This document shows positions 32,301-50,300 of a stretch of 64,000 nt of DNA, piece after piece. Source of the stretch: Bugula neritina (lineage: Eukaryota > Animalia > Bryozoa); NCBI GenBank assembly GCA_964035545.1, contig OZ037766.1, positions 18,191,081 through 18,255,080 on the forward strand, given 5' to 3'. The notes under the pieces were generated by a model. That model was given only the letters and a program-made list of their open reading frames with translations. It was not told the DNA's origin and ran no database searches. Every line of letters starts with the position of its first letter. Position 1 is the first letter of the stretch. The translations under genes and the position numbers were made by a program.

Positions 32301-35300
32301 ATACTGTAACACACTGAACTATACTGCAAAATACTGCAAAATACTGCAAAATCCTGTAACATACTGAAACATACTGCAACATCCTGAAATATACTGCAAC
32401 ATGCTGAATTATACTGCAAGACACTGAAACCTACTGAAATACACTGTAACATACTGAAATACACTGAAACATACTGCAACATACTGAAAAACACTAAAAC
32501 TCACTGAAGTATAGTGTAATATCTGGAAATGCACTGTGACATACTGAAATATACTGAAACACGCTGAAATATACTGCAACATACTGAAATATACTGTAAC
32601 ATACTGAGATATACTGCAAGATACCAAAATGTACTACAACTCACTGAAGTATAGTGTATTTTACGAAAATGTACTGTAAGATACTGGAATTTATTGTATC
32701 ATACTGAAATACACTGCAACATACTGAAATACACTGTAACATACTAAAATGTATTGCAAAATACTGCAACATACTGAGATATACTGCAACATACTGAAAG
32801 ACACTAAAACTCACTGAAGTATAGTGTAATATCTGCAAATGCACTGTAACATACTGAAATTTACTGTAACACACTGAAATATACTGTAACATACTGAAAT
32901 ACACAGTAACATACTGAGATATACTGCAAGATACTGAAATATACTACAACTCACTGAAGTATAGTGTGATATCTGCAAATGCACTGTAACATACTGAAAT
33001 TTACTGTAACACACTGAAATATACTGTAACATACAGAAATATACTGTAACATACTGAGATATACTGCAAGATACTGAAATATACTACAACTCACTGAAGT
33101 ATAGTGTAATTTACGGAAATGTACTGTAACATACTGAAATTTATTGTAACATACTGAATTATACTGCAACATACTGAAATACACTGCAACATACTGAAAT
33201 ACACTGTAACATACTGAAAGACACTAAAACTCACTGAAGTATAGTGTAATATCTGCAAATGCACTGTAACATATTGAAATTTACTGTAACACAGTGAAAT
33301 ATACTGTAACATACTGAAATATACTGTAACATACTGAGATATACTGCAAGATACTGAAATATACTACAACTCTCTGAAGTATAGTGTAATTTACGAAAAT
33401 GTACTGTAACATACTGAAATTTATTGTAACATACTGAGTTATACTGCAACATACTGAAATACACTGTAACATACTGAAACATATTGCAAAGTACTGCAAC
33501 ATACTGAAATACACTGTAACATACTGAAAGACGCTGTATCATAATGAAATATACTATAACCCACTGAAATATACTGCAACATACTGAAATATACTGTAAC
33601 AAACTGAAATATACTGCAACATACTGAAATACACTGTACCATACAGAAATACACTGCAACATACTGCAGCAAACTGCAACATACTGCAACATACTGAAAT
33701 ACACTGTAACATATTGAAATACACTGCAACGCATTGAAATATACTTCAACATACCGAAATATATGGTAACCTACTGAAATATGTTGCAAACTACTGAAAT
33801 ATACTGCAACATACTGCAACTTTATGAAATATACTGTAACATACTGAAATATACTGGAAGATACTGAAACCTACTGAAATACACTGTAACATACTGAAAT
33901 ACACTGCAACATACTGCAACATACTGAAATACACTGTAACATATTGAAATACATTGCAACACATTGAAATAAGTTGCAAGATACTGAATTATACTGCAAC
34001 ATACTGAAAGACACTAAAACTCACTGAAGTATAGTGAAAAATCTGAAAATGCACTGTGGCATACTGAAATATACTGAAACACGCTGAAATATACTGGAAC
34101 ATACTGAAATAAACTGCAACATACTGAGATATACTGCAAGATACTGAAATATACTACAACTCACTGAAGTATAGTGTAGTTTGCAGAAATGTACTATAAC
34201 ACACTGAAATTTATTGTATCATACTGAAATATACGGCAACGTACTGAAATACACTGTAACATACTGAAATATATTGCAAAATACTGCAACATACTGAAGT
34301 ATGCTGCAACATACTGAAAGACACTAAAACTCACTGAAGTATAGTGTAATATCTGCAAATGCACTGTAACATACTGAAATTACTGTAACACACTGAAATA
34401 TACTGTAACATACTGAAATATACTGTAACATACGGAGATATACTGAGAGATACTGAAATATACTACAACTCACTGAAGTATAGTGTAATTTTCGGAAATG
34501 TACTGTAACATACTGAATTTTATGGTAACATACTGAATTATACTGCAACATACTGAAATATACTGTAACGTACTGAAATATGTTGCAAAATACTGCAACA
34601 TACTGAAATACACTGTAACATACTGAAATACGCTGTATCATACTGAAATATACTATAACCCACTGAAATATACTGCAACATACTGAAATATACTGTAACA
34701 TACTGAAATATACTGCAACATACTGAAATACACTGTAACATACAGAAATACACTGCAACATACTGCAGCATACTGCAACATGCTGCAACATACTGAAATA
34801 CACTGTAACATATTGAAACACACTGCAACACATTGAAATTTGCTGTAACATACTGAGATATACTGCAAGACACTGAAATATACTACAGCTCACTGAAGTA
34901 TAGTGTAATTTACGGAAATGTACTGTAACATACTGAAATTTATTGTAACATACTGAAATATACTGCAACATACTGAAATACACTGTAACATACTGAAATA
35001 TATTGCAAAATACTGAAACATACTGAAATACACTGTAACATACTCAAATACATTGTATCATATTGCAATATGCTATAACCCACTGAAATATACTGCAACT
35101 TAGTGAAATATACTGTAACATACTGAAATATACTGCAACATACTGAAATACACTGTAACATACAGAAGTACGCTGTAACATACAGAAATACACTGCAACA
35201 TACTGCAACATACTGAAATACACTGTAACATACTGAAACACACTGCAACATACTGAAATATACTGCAACATACTGGAACATACTGGAATATACTGTAACC

Positions 35301-38300
35301 CACTGAAATATACTGCAACATACTGAAATATACTGCAAGATACTGAAACCTACTGTAATGCACTGTAACATACTGAAATACACTGCAACATGCTGCAACA
35401 TACTGAAATACACTGTAACATATTGAAATACATTGCAACACATTGAAATAAGTTGCAAGATACCGAAATATACTGCAACATACTGAAAGACACTAAAACT
35501 CACTGAAGTATAGTGAAAAATCTAAAAATGCACTGTGGCATACTGAAATATACTGAAACACGCTGAAATATACTGGAACATACTGAAATAAACTGTAACA
35601 TACTGAGATATACTGCAAGATACTGAAATATGCTACAACTCACTGAAGTATAGTGTAATTTACGGAAATGTACTGTAACATACTGAAATTTATTGTAACA
35701 TACTGAATTACACTGCAACATACTGAAAAACACTGTAACATACTGAAAGACACTAGAACTCACTGAAGTATAGTGTAATATCTGCAAATGCACTGTAATA
35801 TATTGAAATTTACTGTAACACAGTGAAATATACTGTAACATACTGAAATATACTGTAACATACTGAGATATACTGCAAGATACTAAAATATACTACAACT
35901 CACTGAAGTATAGTGTAATTTACGAAAATGTACTGTAACATACTGGAATTTATTGTAACATACTGAATTATACTGCAACATACTGGAATACACTGTAACA
36001 TACTGAAACATATTGCAAAATACTGCAACATACTGAAATACACTGTAACATACTGAAAGACGCCGTATCATACTGAAATATACTATAACCCACTGAAATA
36101 TACTGCAACATACTGAAAAATACTGTAACATACTGAAATATACTGCAACATACTGAAATACACTGTAACATACAGAAATACACTGCAACATACTGCAGCA
36201 TACTGCAACATACTGCAACATGCTGAAATACACTGTAACATACTGAAATATATTGCAAAATACTGCAACATACTGAAATACATTGTAACATACTGAAAGA
36301 CACTAAAACTCACTGAAGTATAGTGTAATATCTGGAAATGCACTGTGACATACTGAAATATAATGAAACAGGCTGAAATATACTGCAACATACTGAAATA
36401 TACTGTAACATACCGAAATTTATTGTAACATACCGAATTATACTGCAACATACTGAAATATACTGTAACATACTGAAATATATTGCAAAATACTGCAACA
36501 TACTTAAATACACTGTAACATACTGAAAGACACTAAAACTCACTGAAGTATAGTGTAATATCTGGAAATGCACTGTGACATACTGAAATACACTGAAACA
36601 CGCTGAAATATACTTCAACATACTGAAATATACCTAAAAATATTGTAACATACTGAATTACACTGTAACATGCTGAAATACACTGTATCATACTGAAGTA
36701 TACTGTAACGCACTGAAATATACTGCAACATACTGAATTATACTGAAACATACTGCAAAATCCTGAAATACACTGCAACATGCTGAAACATACTGCAAGA
36801 CACTGAAACCTACTGAAATACACTGTAACATACTGAAATACACTGCAACATACTGAAATACACTGTAACATACAGACATACACTGCAACATACTGCAGCA
36901 TACTGCAACATGCTGCAACATACTGAAATACACTGTAACATATTGAAATACACTGCAACACATTGAAATATGCTGTAACATACTGAGATATACTGCAAGA
37001 CACTGAAATATACTACAGCTCACTGAAGTATAGTGTAATTTACGGAAATGTACTGTAACATACTGAAATTTATTGTAACATACTGAAATATACTGCAACA
37101 TACTGAAATACACTGTAACATACTGAAATATATTGCAAAATACTGCAACATACTGAAATACACTGTAACATACTCAAATACATTGTATCATACTGGAATA
37201 TGCTATAACCCACTGAAATATACTGCAACTTACTGAAATATACTGTAACATACTGAAATATACTGCAACATACTGAAATACACTGTAACATACAGAAGTA
37301 CGCTGTAACATACAGAAATACACTGCAACATACTGCAACATACTGAAATACACTGTAACATACTGAAACACACTGCAACATACTGAAATATACTGCAACA
37401 TACTGGAACATACTGGAATATACTGTAACCCACTGAAATATACTGCAACATACTGAAATATACTGCAAGATACTGAAACCTACTGAAATACACTGTAACA
37501 TACTGAATTACACTGCAACATGCTGCAACATACTGAAATACACTGTAACATATTGAAATACATTGCAACACATTGAAATAAGTTGCAAGATACCGAAATA
37601 TGCTGCAACATACTGAAAGACACTAAAACTCACTGAAGTATTGTGAAAAATTTAAAAATGCACTGTGGCATACTGAAATATACTGAAACACGCTGAAATA
37701 AACTGGAACATACTGAAATAAACTGTAACATACTGAGATATACTGCAAGATACTGAAATATACTACAACTCACTGAAGTATAGCGTAATTTGCAGAAATG
37801 TACTGTAACACACTGAAATTTATTGTATCATACTGAAATATACTGCAACGTACTGAAATACACTGTAACATACTAAAATATATTGCAAAATGCTGCAACA
37901 TACTTAAATATACTGCAACATACTGAAAGACACTAGAACTCACTGAAGTATAGTGTAATATCTGCAAATGCACTGTAACATACTGAAATTTACTGTAACA
38001 CACTGAAATATACTGTAACATACTGAAATATACTGTAACATACTGAGATATACTGCGAGATTCTGAAATATGCTACAACTCACTGAAGTATAGTGTAACT
38101 TACGGAAATGTACTGTAACATACTGAAATTTATTGTAACATACTGAATTATACTGCAACATACTGAAATACACTGTAACATACTGAAAGACACTAAAACT
38201 CACTGAAGTATAGTGTAATATCTGCAAATGCACTGTAACATATTGAAATTTACTGTAACACAGTGAAATATACTGTAACATACTGAAATATACTGTAACA

Positions 38301-41300
38301 TACTGAGATATACTGCAAGATACTGAAATATACTACAACTTACTGAAGTATAGTGTAATTTACGAAAATGTACTGTAACATACTGGAATTTATTGTATCA
38401 TACTGAAATATACTGCAACATACTGAAATACACTGTAACATACTGAAACATATTGCAAAGTACTGCAACATACTGAAATACACTGTAACATACTGAAAGA
38501 CGCTGTAACATACTGAAAGACACTAAAACTCACTGAAGTATAGTGTAATATCTGCAAATGCACTGTAACATATTGAACTTTACTGTAACACAGTGAAATA
38601 TACTGTAACATACTGAGATATACTGCAAGATACTGAAATATACTACAACTCACTGAAGTATAGTGTAATTTACGAAAATGTACTGTAACATACTGAAATT
38701 TATTGTAACATACTGAGTTATGCTGCAACATACTGAAATACACTGTAACATACTGAAACATATTGCAAAGTACTGCAACATACTGAAATACACTGTAACA
38801 TACTGAAAGACGCTGTATCATAATGAAATATACTATAACCCACTGAAATATACTGCAACATACTGAAATATACTGTAACAAACTGAAATATACTGCAACA
38901 TACTGAAATACACTGTAACATACAGAAATACACTGCAACATACTGCAGCAAACTGCAACATACTGCAACATACTGAAATACACTGTAACATATTGAAATA
39001 CACTGCAACACATTGAAATATGCTTCAACATACCGAAATATATGGTAACCTACTGAAATATGTTGCAAACTACTGAAATATACTGCAACATACTGCAACT
39101 TAATGAAATATACTGTAACACACTGAAATATACTGCACAATACTGCAAAATACTGTAACATACTGAAACATACTGCAACATCCTGAAATATACTGCAACA
39201 TGCTGAAATATACTGCAAGACACTGAAACCTACTGAAATACACTGTAACATACTGAAATACACTGCAACATACTGCAACATACTGAAATACATTGTGACA
39301 TATTGAAATGCATTGCAACACATTGAAATATGTTGCAAGATACTGAAATATAATGCAACATACTGAACGACACTAAAACTCACTGAAGTATAGTGTAATA
39401 CCTGAAAATGCACTGTGATATACTGAAATACACTGTAACACACTGAAATATACTGCAAAATACTGAAACATACTGAAATATATTGCAAAATACTGCAACA
39501 TACTGAAATACGGTTTGACATACTGAAATACACTGTAACATACTGATATGCACTGCAACATACTGAAATATACGGCAACATACTGGAACATACTGGAATA
39601 TACTGTAACCCACTGAAATATACTACAACATACTGAAATATACTGCAAGATACTGAAACCTACTGAAATACACTGTAACATACTGAAATACACTGCAACA
39701 TGCTGCAACATACTGAAATACACTGTAACATATTGAAATACATTGCAACACATTGAAATAAGTTGCAAGATACCGAAATATACTGCAACATACTGAAAGA
39801 CACTAAAACTCACTGAAGTATAGTGAAAAATGTAAAAATGCACTGTGGCATACTGAAATATACTGAAACACGCTGAAATATACTGGAACATACTGAAATA
39901 AACTGTAACATACTGAGATATACTGCAAGATACTGAAATATACTACAACTCACTGAAGTATAGCGTAATTTGCAGAAATGTACTTTAACACACTGAAATT
40001 TATTGTATCATACTGAAATATACTGCAACGTACTGAAATACACTGTAACATACTAAAATATATTGCAAAAAACTGCAACATACCTAAATATACTGCAACA
40101 TACTAAAAGACACTAAAACTCACTGAAGTATAGTGTAATATCTGCAAATGCACTGTAACATACTGAAATTTACTGTAACACACTGAAATATACTGTAACA
40201 TACTGAAATATACTGTAACATATTGAGATATACTGCGAGATACTGAAATATGCTACAACTCACTGAAGTATAGTGTAATTTACGGAAATGTACTGTAACA
40301 TACTGAAATTTATTGTAACATACTGAATTATACTGCAACATACTGAAATACACTGCAACATACTGAAATACACTGTAACATACTGAAAGACACTAAAACT
40401 CACTGAAGTATAGTGTAATACCTGAAAATGCACTGTGATATACTGAAATACACTGTAACACACTGAAATATACTGCAAAATACTGAAACATACTGAAATA
40501 TATTGCAAAATACTGCAACATACTGAAATACGGTTTAACATACTGAAATACACTGTAACATACTGATATGCACTGCAACATACTGAAATACACGGCAACA
40601 TACTGGAACATACTGGAATATACTGTAACCCACTGAAATATACTACAACATACTGAAATATACTGCAAGATACTGAAACCTACTGAAATACACTGTAACA
40701 TACTGAAATACACTGCAACATGCTGCAACATACTGAAATACACTGTAACATATTGAAATACATTGCAACACATTGAAATAAGTTGCAAGATACCGAAATA
40801 TACTGCAACATACTGAAAGACACTAAAACTCACTGAAGTATAGTGAAAAATGTAAAAATGCACTGTGGCATACTGAAATATACTGAAACACGCTGAAATA
40901 TACTGGAACATACTGAAATAAACTGTAACATACTGAGATATACTGCAAGATACTGAAATATACTACAACTCACTGAAGTATAGCGTAATTTGCAGAAATG
41001 TACTGTAACACACTGAAATTTATTGTATCATACTGAAATATACTGCAACGTACTGAAATACACTGTAACATACTAAAATATATTGCAAAAAACTGCAACA
41101 TACTTAAATATACTGCAACATACTAAAAGACACTAAAACTCACTGAAGTATAGTGTAATATCTGCAAATGCACTGTAACATACTGAAATTTACTGTAACA
41201 CACTGAAATATACTGTAACATACTGAAATATACTGTAACATACTGAGATATACTGCGAGATACTGAAATATGCTACAACTCACTGAAGTATAGTGTAATT

Positions 41301-44300
41301 TACGGAAATGTACTGTAACATACTGAAATTTATTGTAACATACTGAAATATACTGCAACATACTGAAATACACTGTAACATACTGAAATATATTGCAAAA
41401 TACTGCAACATACTGAAATACACTGTAACATACTCAAATACATTGTATCATACTGGAATATGCTATAACCCACTGAAATATACTGCAACTTACTGAAATA
41501 TACTGTAACATACTGAAATATACTGCAACATACTGAAATACACTGTAACATACAGAAGTACGCTGTAACATACAGAAATACACTGCAACATACTGCAACA
41601 TACTGAAATACACTGTAACATACTGAAACACACTGCAACACACTGAAATATACTGCAACATACTGGAACATACTGGAATATACTGTAACCCACTGAAATA
41701 TACTGCAACATACTGAAATATACTGCAAGATACTGAAACCTACTGAAATACACTGTAACATACTGAAATACACTGCAACATGCTGCAACATACTGAAATA
41801 CACTGTAACATATTGAAATACATTGCAACACATTGAAATAAGTTGCAAGATACCGAAACATGCTGCAACATACTGAAAGACACTAAAACTCACTGAAGTA
41901 TAGTGAAAAATTTAAAAATGCACTGTGGCATACTGAAATATACTGAAACACGCTGAAATATACTGGAACATACTGAAATAAACTGTAACATACTGAGATA
42001 TACTGCAAGATACTGAAATATACTACAACTCACTGAAGTATAGCGTAATTTGCAGAAATGTACTGTAACACACTGAAATTTATTGTATCATACTGAAATA
42101 TACTGCAACGTACTGAAATACACTGTAACATACTAAAATATATTGCAAAATACTGCAACATACTTAAATATACTGCAACATACTGAAAGACACTAAAACT
42201 CACTGAAGTATAGTGTAATATCTGCAAATGCACTGTAACATACTGAAATTTACTGTAACACACTGAAATATACTGTAACATACTGAAATATACTGTAACA
42301 TACTGAGATATACTGCGAAATTCTGAAATATGCTACAACTCACTGAAGTATAGTGTAATTTACGGAAATGTACTGTAACATACTGAAATTTATTGTAACA
42401 TACTGAATTATACTGCAACATACTGAAATACACTGTAACATACTGAAAGACACTAAAACTCACTGAAGTATAGTGTAATATCTGCAAATGCACTGTAACA
42501 TATTGAAATTTACTGTAACACAGTGAATTATACTGTAACATACTGAAATATACTGTAACATACTGAGATATACTGCAAGATACTGAAATATACTACAACT
42601 CACTGAAGTATAGTGTAATTTACGAAAATGTACTGTAACATACTGGAATTTATTGTATCATACTGAAATATACTGCAACATACTGAAATACACTGTAGCA
42701 TACTAAAATGTATTGCAAAATACTGCAACATACTGAGATATACTGCAACATACTGAAAGACACTAAAACTCACTGAAGTATAGTGTAATATCTGCAAATG
42801 CACTGTAACATACTGAAATTTACTGTAACACACTGAAATATACTGTAACATACTGAAATACACAGTAACATACTGAGATATGCTGCAAGATACTGAAATA
42901 TACTACAACTCACTGAAGTATAGTGTAATATCTGCAAATGCACTGTAACATACTGAAATTTACTGTAACACACTGAAATATACTGTAACATACAGAAATA
43001 TACTGTAACATACTGAGATATACTGCAAGATACTGAAATATACTACAACTCACTGAAGTATAGTGTAATTTACGGAAATGTACTGTAACATACTGAAATT
43101 TATTGTAACATACTGAATTATACTGCAACATACTGAAATACACTGCAACATACTGAAATACACTGTAACATACTGAAAGACACTAAAACTCACTGAAGTA
43201 TAGTGTAATATCTGCAAATGCACTGTAACATACTGAAATTTACTGTAACACAGTGAAATATACTGTAACATACTGAGATATACTGCAAGATACTGAAATA
43301 TACTACAACTCACTGAAGTATAGTGTAATTTACGAAAATGTACTGTAACGTACTGAAATTTATTGTAACATACTGAGTTATACTGCAACATACTGAAATA
43401 CACTGTAACATACTGAAACACGTTGCAAAGTACTGCAACATACTGAAATACACTGTAACATACTGAAAGACGCTGTATCATAATGAAATATACTATAACC
43501 CACTGAAATATACTGCAACATACTGAAATATACTGTAACAAACTGAAATATACTGCAACATACTGAAATACACTGTAACATATAGAAATACACTGCAACA
43601 TACTGCAGCAAACTGCAACATACTGCAACATACTGAAATACACTGTAACATATTGAAATACACTGCAACACATTGAAATATGCTTCAACATACCGAATAA
43701 TATGGTAACCTACTGAAATATGTTGCAAACTACTGAAATATACTGCAACATACTGCAACCTAATGAAATATACTGTAACACACTGAAATATACTGCACAA
43801 TACTGCAAAATACTGTAACATACTGAAACATACTGCAACATCCTGAAATATACTGCAACATGCTGAAATATACTGCAAGACACTGAAACCTACTGAAATA
43901 CACTGTAACATACTGAAATACACTGCAACATACTGCAACATACTGAAATACATTGTGACATATTGAAATGCATTGCAACACATTGAAATATGTTGCAAGA
44001 TACTGAAATATAATGGAACATACTGAACGACACTAAAACTCACTGAAGTATAGTGTAATACCTGAAAATGCACTGTGATATACTGAAACACACTGTAACA
44101 CACTGAAATATACTGCAAAATACTGAAACATACTGAAATATACTGCAAAATACTGCAACATACTGAAATACGGTTTAACATACTGAAATACACTGTAACA
44201 TACTGATATGCACTGCAACATACTGAAATACACGGCAACATACTGGAACATACTGGAATATACTGTAACCCACTGAAATATACTACAACATACTGAAATA

Positions 44301-47300
44301 TACTGCAAGATACTGAAACCTACTGAAATACACTGTAACATACTGAAATACACTGCAACATGCTGCAACATACTGAAATACACTGTAACATATTGAAATA
44401 CATTGCAACACATTGAAATAAGTTGCAAAATACCGAAATATAGTGCAACATACTGAAAGACACTAAAACTCACTGAAGTATAGTGAAAAATGTAAAAATG
44501 CACTGTGGCATACTGAAATATACTGAAACACGCTGAAATATACTGGAACATACTGAAATAAACTGTAACATACTGAGATATACTGCAAGATACTGAAATA
44601 TACTACAACTCACTGAAGTATAGCGTAATTTGCAGAAATGTACTGTAACACACTGAAATTTATTGTATCATACTGAAATATACTGCAACGTACTGAAATA
44701 CACTGTAACATACTAAAATATATTGCAAAAAACTGCAACATACTTAAATATACTGCAACATACTAAAAGACACTAAAACTCACTGAAGTATAGTGTAATA
44801 TCTGCAAATGCACTGTAACATACTGAAATTTACTGTAACACACTGAAATATACTGTAACATACTGAAATATACTGTAACATACTGAGTTATACTGCGAGA
44901 TACTGAAATATGCTACAACTCACTGAAGTATAGTGTAATTTACGGAAATGTACTGTAACATACTGAAATTTATTGTAACATACTGAATTATACTGCAACA
45001 TACTGAAATACACTGTAACATACTGAAAGACACTAAAACTCACTGAAGTATAGTGTAATATCTGCGAATGCACTGTAACATATTGAAATTTAGTGTAACA
45101 CAGTGAAATATACTGTAACATACTGAAATATACTGTAACATACTAAGATATACTGCAAGATAATGAAATATACTACAACTCACTGAAGTATAGTGTAATT
45201 TACGAAAATGTACTGTAACATACTGAAATTTACTGTAACATACTGAATTATACTGCAACATACTGGAATACACTGTAACATACTGAAACATATTGCAAAA
45301 TACTGCAACATACTGAAATACACTGTAACACACTGAAAGACGCCGTATCATACTGAAATATACTATAACCCACTGAAATATACTACAACATACTGAAATA
45401 TACTGTAACATACTGAAATATACTGCAACATACTGAAATACACTGTAACATACAGAAATACACTGCAACATACTGCAGCATACTGCAACATACTGCAACA
45501 TGCTGAAATACACTGTAACATATTGAAATACACTGCAACACATTGAAATATGCTGCAACATACCGAAATATATGGTAACCTACTGAAATATGTTGCAAAC
45601 TACTGAAATATACTGCAACATACTGCAACATAATGATATATACTGTGACACACTGAACTATACTGCAAAATACTGCAAAATACTGCAAAATCCTGTAACA
45701 TACTGAAACATACTGCAACATCCTGAAATATACTGCAACATGCTGAATTATACTGCAAGACACTGAAACCTACTGAAATACACTGTAACATACTGAAATA
45801 CACTGAAACATACTGCAACATACTGAAAAACACTAAAACTCACTGAAGTATAGTGTAATTTACGAAAATGTACTGTAAGATACTGGAATTTATTGTATCA
45901 TACTGAAATATACTGCAACATACTGAAATACACTGTAACATACTAAAATGTATTGCAAAATACTGCAACATACTGAGATATACTGCAACATACTGAAAGA
46001 CACTAAAACTCACTGAAGTATAGTGTAATATCTGCAAATGCACTGTAACATACTGAAATTTACTGTAACACACTGAAATATACTGTAACATACTGAAATA
46101 CACAGTAACATACTGAGATATACTGCAAGATACTGAAATATACTACAACTCACTGAAGTATAGTGTGATATCTGCAAATGCACTGTAACATACTGAAATT
46201 TACTGTAACACACTGAAATATACTGTAACATACAGAAATATACTGTAACATACTGAGATATACTGCAAGATACTGAAATATACTACAACTCACTGAAGTA
46301 TAGTGTAATTTACGGAAATGTACTGTAACATACTGAAATTTATTGTAACATACTGAATTATACTGCAACATACTGAAATACACTGCAACATACTGAAATA
46401 CACTGTAACATACTGAAAGACACTAAAACTCACTGAAGTATAGTGTAATATCTGCAAATGCACTGTAACATATTGAAATTTACTGTAACACAGTGAAATA
46501 TACTGTAACATACTGAAATATACTGTAACATACTGAGATATACTGCAAGATACTGAAATATACTACAACTCTCTGAAGTATAGTGTAATTTACGAAAATG
46601 TACTGTAACATACTGAAATTTATTGTAACATACTGAGTTATACTGCAACATACTGAAATACACTGTAACATACTGAAACATATTGCAAAGTACTGCAACA
46701 TACTGAAATACACTGTAACATACTGAAAGACGCTGTATCATAATGAAATATACTATAACCCACTGAAATATACTGCAACATACTGAAATATACTGTAACA
46801 AACTGAAATATACTGCAACATACTGAAATACACTGTACCATACAGAAATACACTGCAACATACTGCAGCAAACTGCAACATACTGCAACATACTGAAATA
46901 CACTGTAACATATTGAAATACACTGCAACGCATTGAAATATGCTTCAACATACCGAAATATATGGTAACCTACTGAAATATGTTGCAAACTACTGAAATA
47001 TACTGCAACATACTGCAACTTTATGAAATATACTGTAACATACTGAAATATACTGGAAGATACTGAAACCTACTGAAATACACTGTAACATACTGAAATA
47101 CACTGCAACATACTGCAACATACTGAAATACACTGTAACATATTGAAATACATTGCAACACATTGAAATAAGTTGCAAGATACTGAATTATACTGCAACA
47201 TACTGAAAGACACTAAAACTCACTGAAGTATAGTGAAAAATCTGAAAATGCACTGTGGCATACTGAAATATACTGAAACACGCTGAAATATACTGGAACA

Positions 47301-50300
47301 TACTGAAATAAACTGCAACATACTGAGATATACTGCAAGATACTGAAATATACTACAACTCACTGAAGTATAGTGTAGTTTGCAGAAATGTACTGTAACA
47401 CACTGAAATTTATTGTATCATACTGAAATATACGGCAACGTACTGAAATACACTGTAACATACTGAAATATATTGCAAAATACTGCAACATACTGAAGTA
47501 TGCTGCAACATACTGAAAGACAATAAAACTCACTGAAGTATAGTGTAATATCTGCAAATGCACTGTAACATACTGAAATTTACTGTAACACACTGAAATA
47601 TACTGCAACATACTGAAATACACTGTAATATATTGAAACACACTGCAACACATTGAAATTTGCTGTAACATACTGAGATATACTGCAAGACACTGAAATA
47701 TACTACAGCTCACTGAAGTATAGTGTAATTTACGGAAATGTACTGTAACATACTGAAATTTATTGTAACATACTGAAATATACTGCAACATACTGAAATA
47801 CACTGTAACATACTGAAATATATTGCAAAATACTGAAACATACTGAAATACACTGTAACATACTCAAATACATTGTATCATATTGCAATATGCTATAACC
47901 CACTGAAATATACTGCAACTTAGTGAAATATACTGTAACATACTGAAATATACTGCAACATACTGAAATACACTGTAACATACAGAAGTACGCTGTAACA
48001 TACAGAAATACACTGCAACATACTGCAACATACTGAAATACACTGTAACATACTGAAACACACTGCAACATACTGAAATATACTGCAACATACTGGAACA
48101 TACTGGAATATACTGTAACCCACTGAAATATACTGCAACATACTGAAATATACTGCAAGATACTGAAACCTACTGTAATACACTGTAACATACTGAAATA
48201 CACTGCAACATGCTGCAACATACTGAAATACACTGTAACATATTGAAATACATTGCAACACATTGAAATAAGTTGCAAGATACCGAAATATACTGCAACA
48301 TACTGAAAGACACTAAAACTCACTGAAGTATAGTGAAAAATCTAAAAATGCACTGTGGCATACTGAAATATACTGAAACACGCTGAAATATACTGGAACA
48401 TACTGAAATAAACTGTAACATACTGAGATATACTGCAAGATACTGAAATATGCTACAACTCACTGAAGTATAGTGTAATTTACGGAAATGTACTGTAACA
48501 TACTGAAATTTATTGTAACATACTGAATTACACTGCAACATACTGAAAAACACTGTAACATACTGAAAGACACTAAAACTCACTGAAGTATAGTGTAATA
48601 TCTGCAAATGCACTGTAATATATTGAAATTTACTGTAACACAGTGAAATATACTGTAACATACTGAAATATACTGTAACATACTGAGATATACTGCAAGA
48701 TACTGAAATATACTACAACTCACTGAAGTATAGTGTAATTTACGAAAATGTACTGTAACATACTGGAATTTATTGTAACATACTGAATTATACTGCAACA
48801 TACTGGAATACACTGTAACATACTGAAACATATTGCAAAATACTGCAACATACTGAAATACACTGTAACATACTGAAAGACGCCGTATCATACTGAAATA
48901 TACTATAACCCACTGAAATATACTGCAACATACTGAAAAATACTGTAACATACTGAAATATACTGCAACATACTGAAATACACTGTAACATACAGAAATA
49001 CACTGCAACATACTGCAGCATACTGCAACATACGGCAACATGCTGAAATACACTGTAACATACTGAAATATATTGCAAAATACTGCAACATACTGAAATA
49101 CATTGTAACATACTGAAAGACACTAAAACTCACTGAAGTATAGTGTAATATCTGGAAATGCACTGTGACATACTGAAATATAATGAAACACGCTGAAATA
49201 TACTGCAACATACTGAAATATACTGTAACATACCGAAATTTATTGTAACATACCGAATTATACTGCAACATACTGAAATATACTGTAACATACTGAAATA
49301 TATTGCAAAATACTGCAACATACTTAAATACACTGTAACATACTGAAAGACACTAAAACTCACTGAAGTATAGTGTAATATCTGGAAATGCACTGTGACA
49401 TACTGAAATATACTGAAACACGCTGAAATATACTTCAACATACTGAAATATACCTAAAAATATTGTAACATACTGAAATACACTGTAACATGCTGAAATA
49501 CACTGTATCATACTGAAGTATACTGTAACGCACTGAAATATACTGCAACATACTGAATTATACTGAAACATACTGCAAAATCCTGAAATATACTGCAACA
49601 TGCTGAAACATACTGCAAGACACTGAAACCTACTGAAATACACTGTAACATACTGAAATACACTGCAACATACTGAAATACACTGTAACATACAGACATA
49701 CACTGCAACATACTGCAGCATACTGCAACATGCTGCAACATACTGAAATACACTGTAACATATTGAAATACACTGCAACACATTGAAATATGCTGTAACA
49801 TACTGAGATATACTGCAAGACACTGAAATATACTACAGCTCACTGAAGTATAGTGTAATTTACGGAAATGTACTGTAACATACTGAAATTTATTGTAACA
49901 TACTGAAATATACTGCAACATACTGAAATACACTGTAACATACTGAAATATATTGCAAAATACTGCAACATACTGAAATACACTGTAACATACTCAAATA
50001 CATTGTATCATACTGGAATATGCTATAACCCACTGAAATATACTGCAACTTACTGAAATATACTGTAACATACTGAAATATACTGCAACATACTGAAATA
50101 CACTGTAACATACAGAAGTACGCTGTAACATACAGAAATACACTGCAACATACTGCAACATACTGAAATACACTGTAACATACTGAAACACACTGCAACA
50201 TACTGAAATATACTGCAACATACTGGAACATACTGGAATATACTGTAACCCACTGAAATATACTGCAACATACTGAAATATACTGCAAGATACTGAAACC

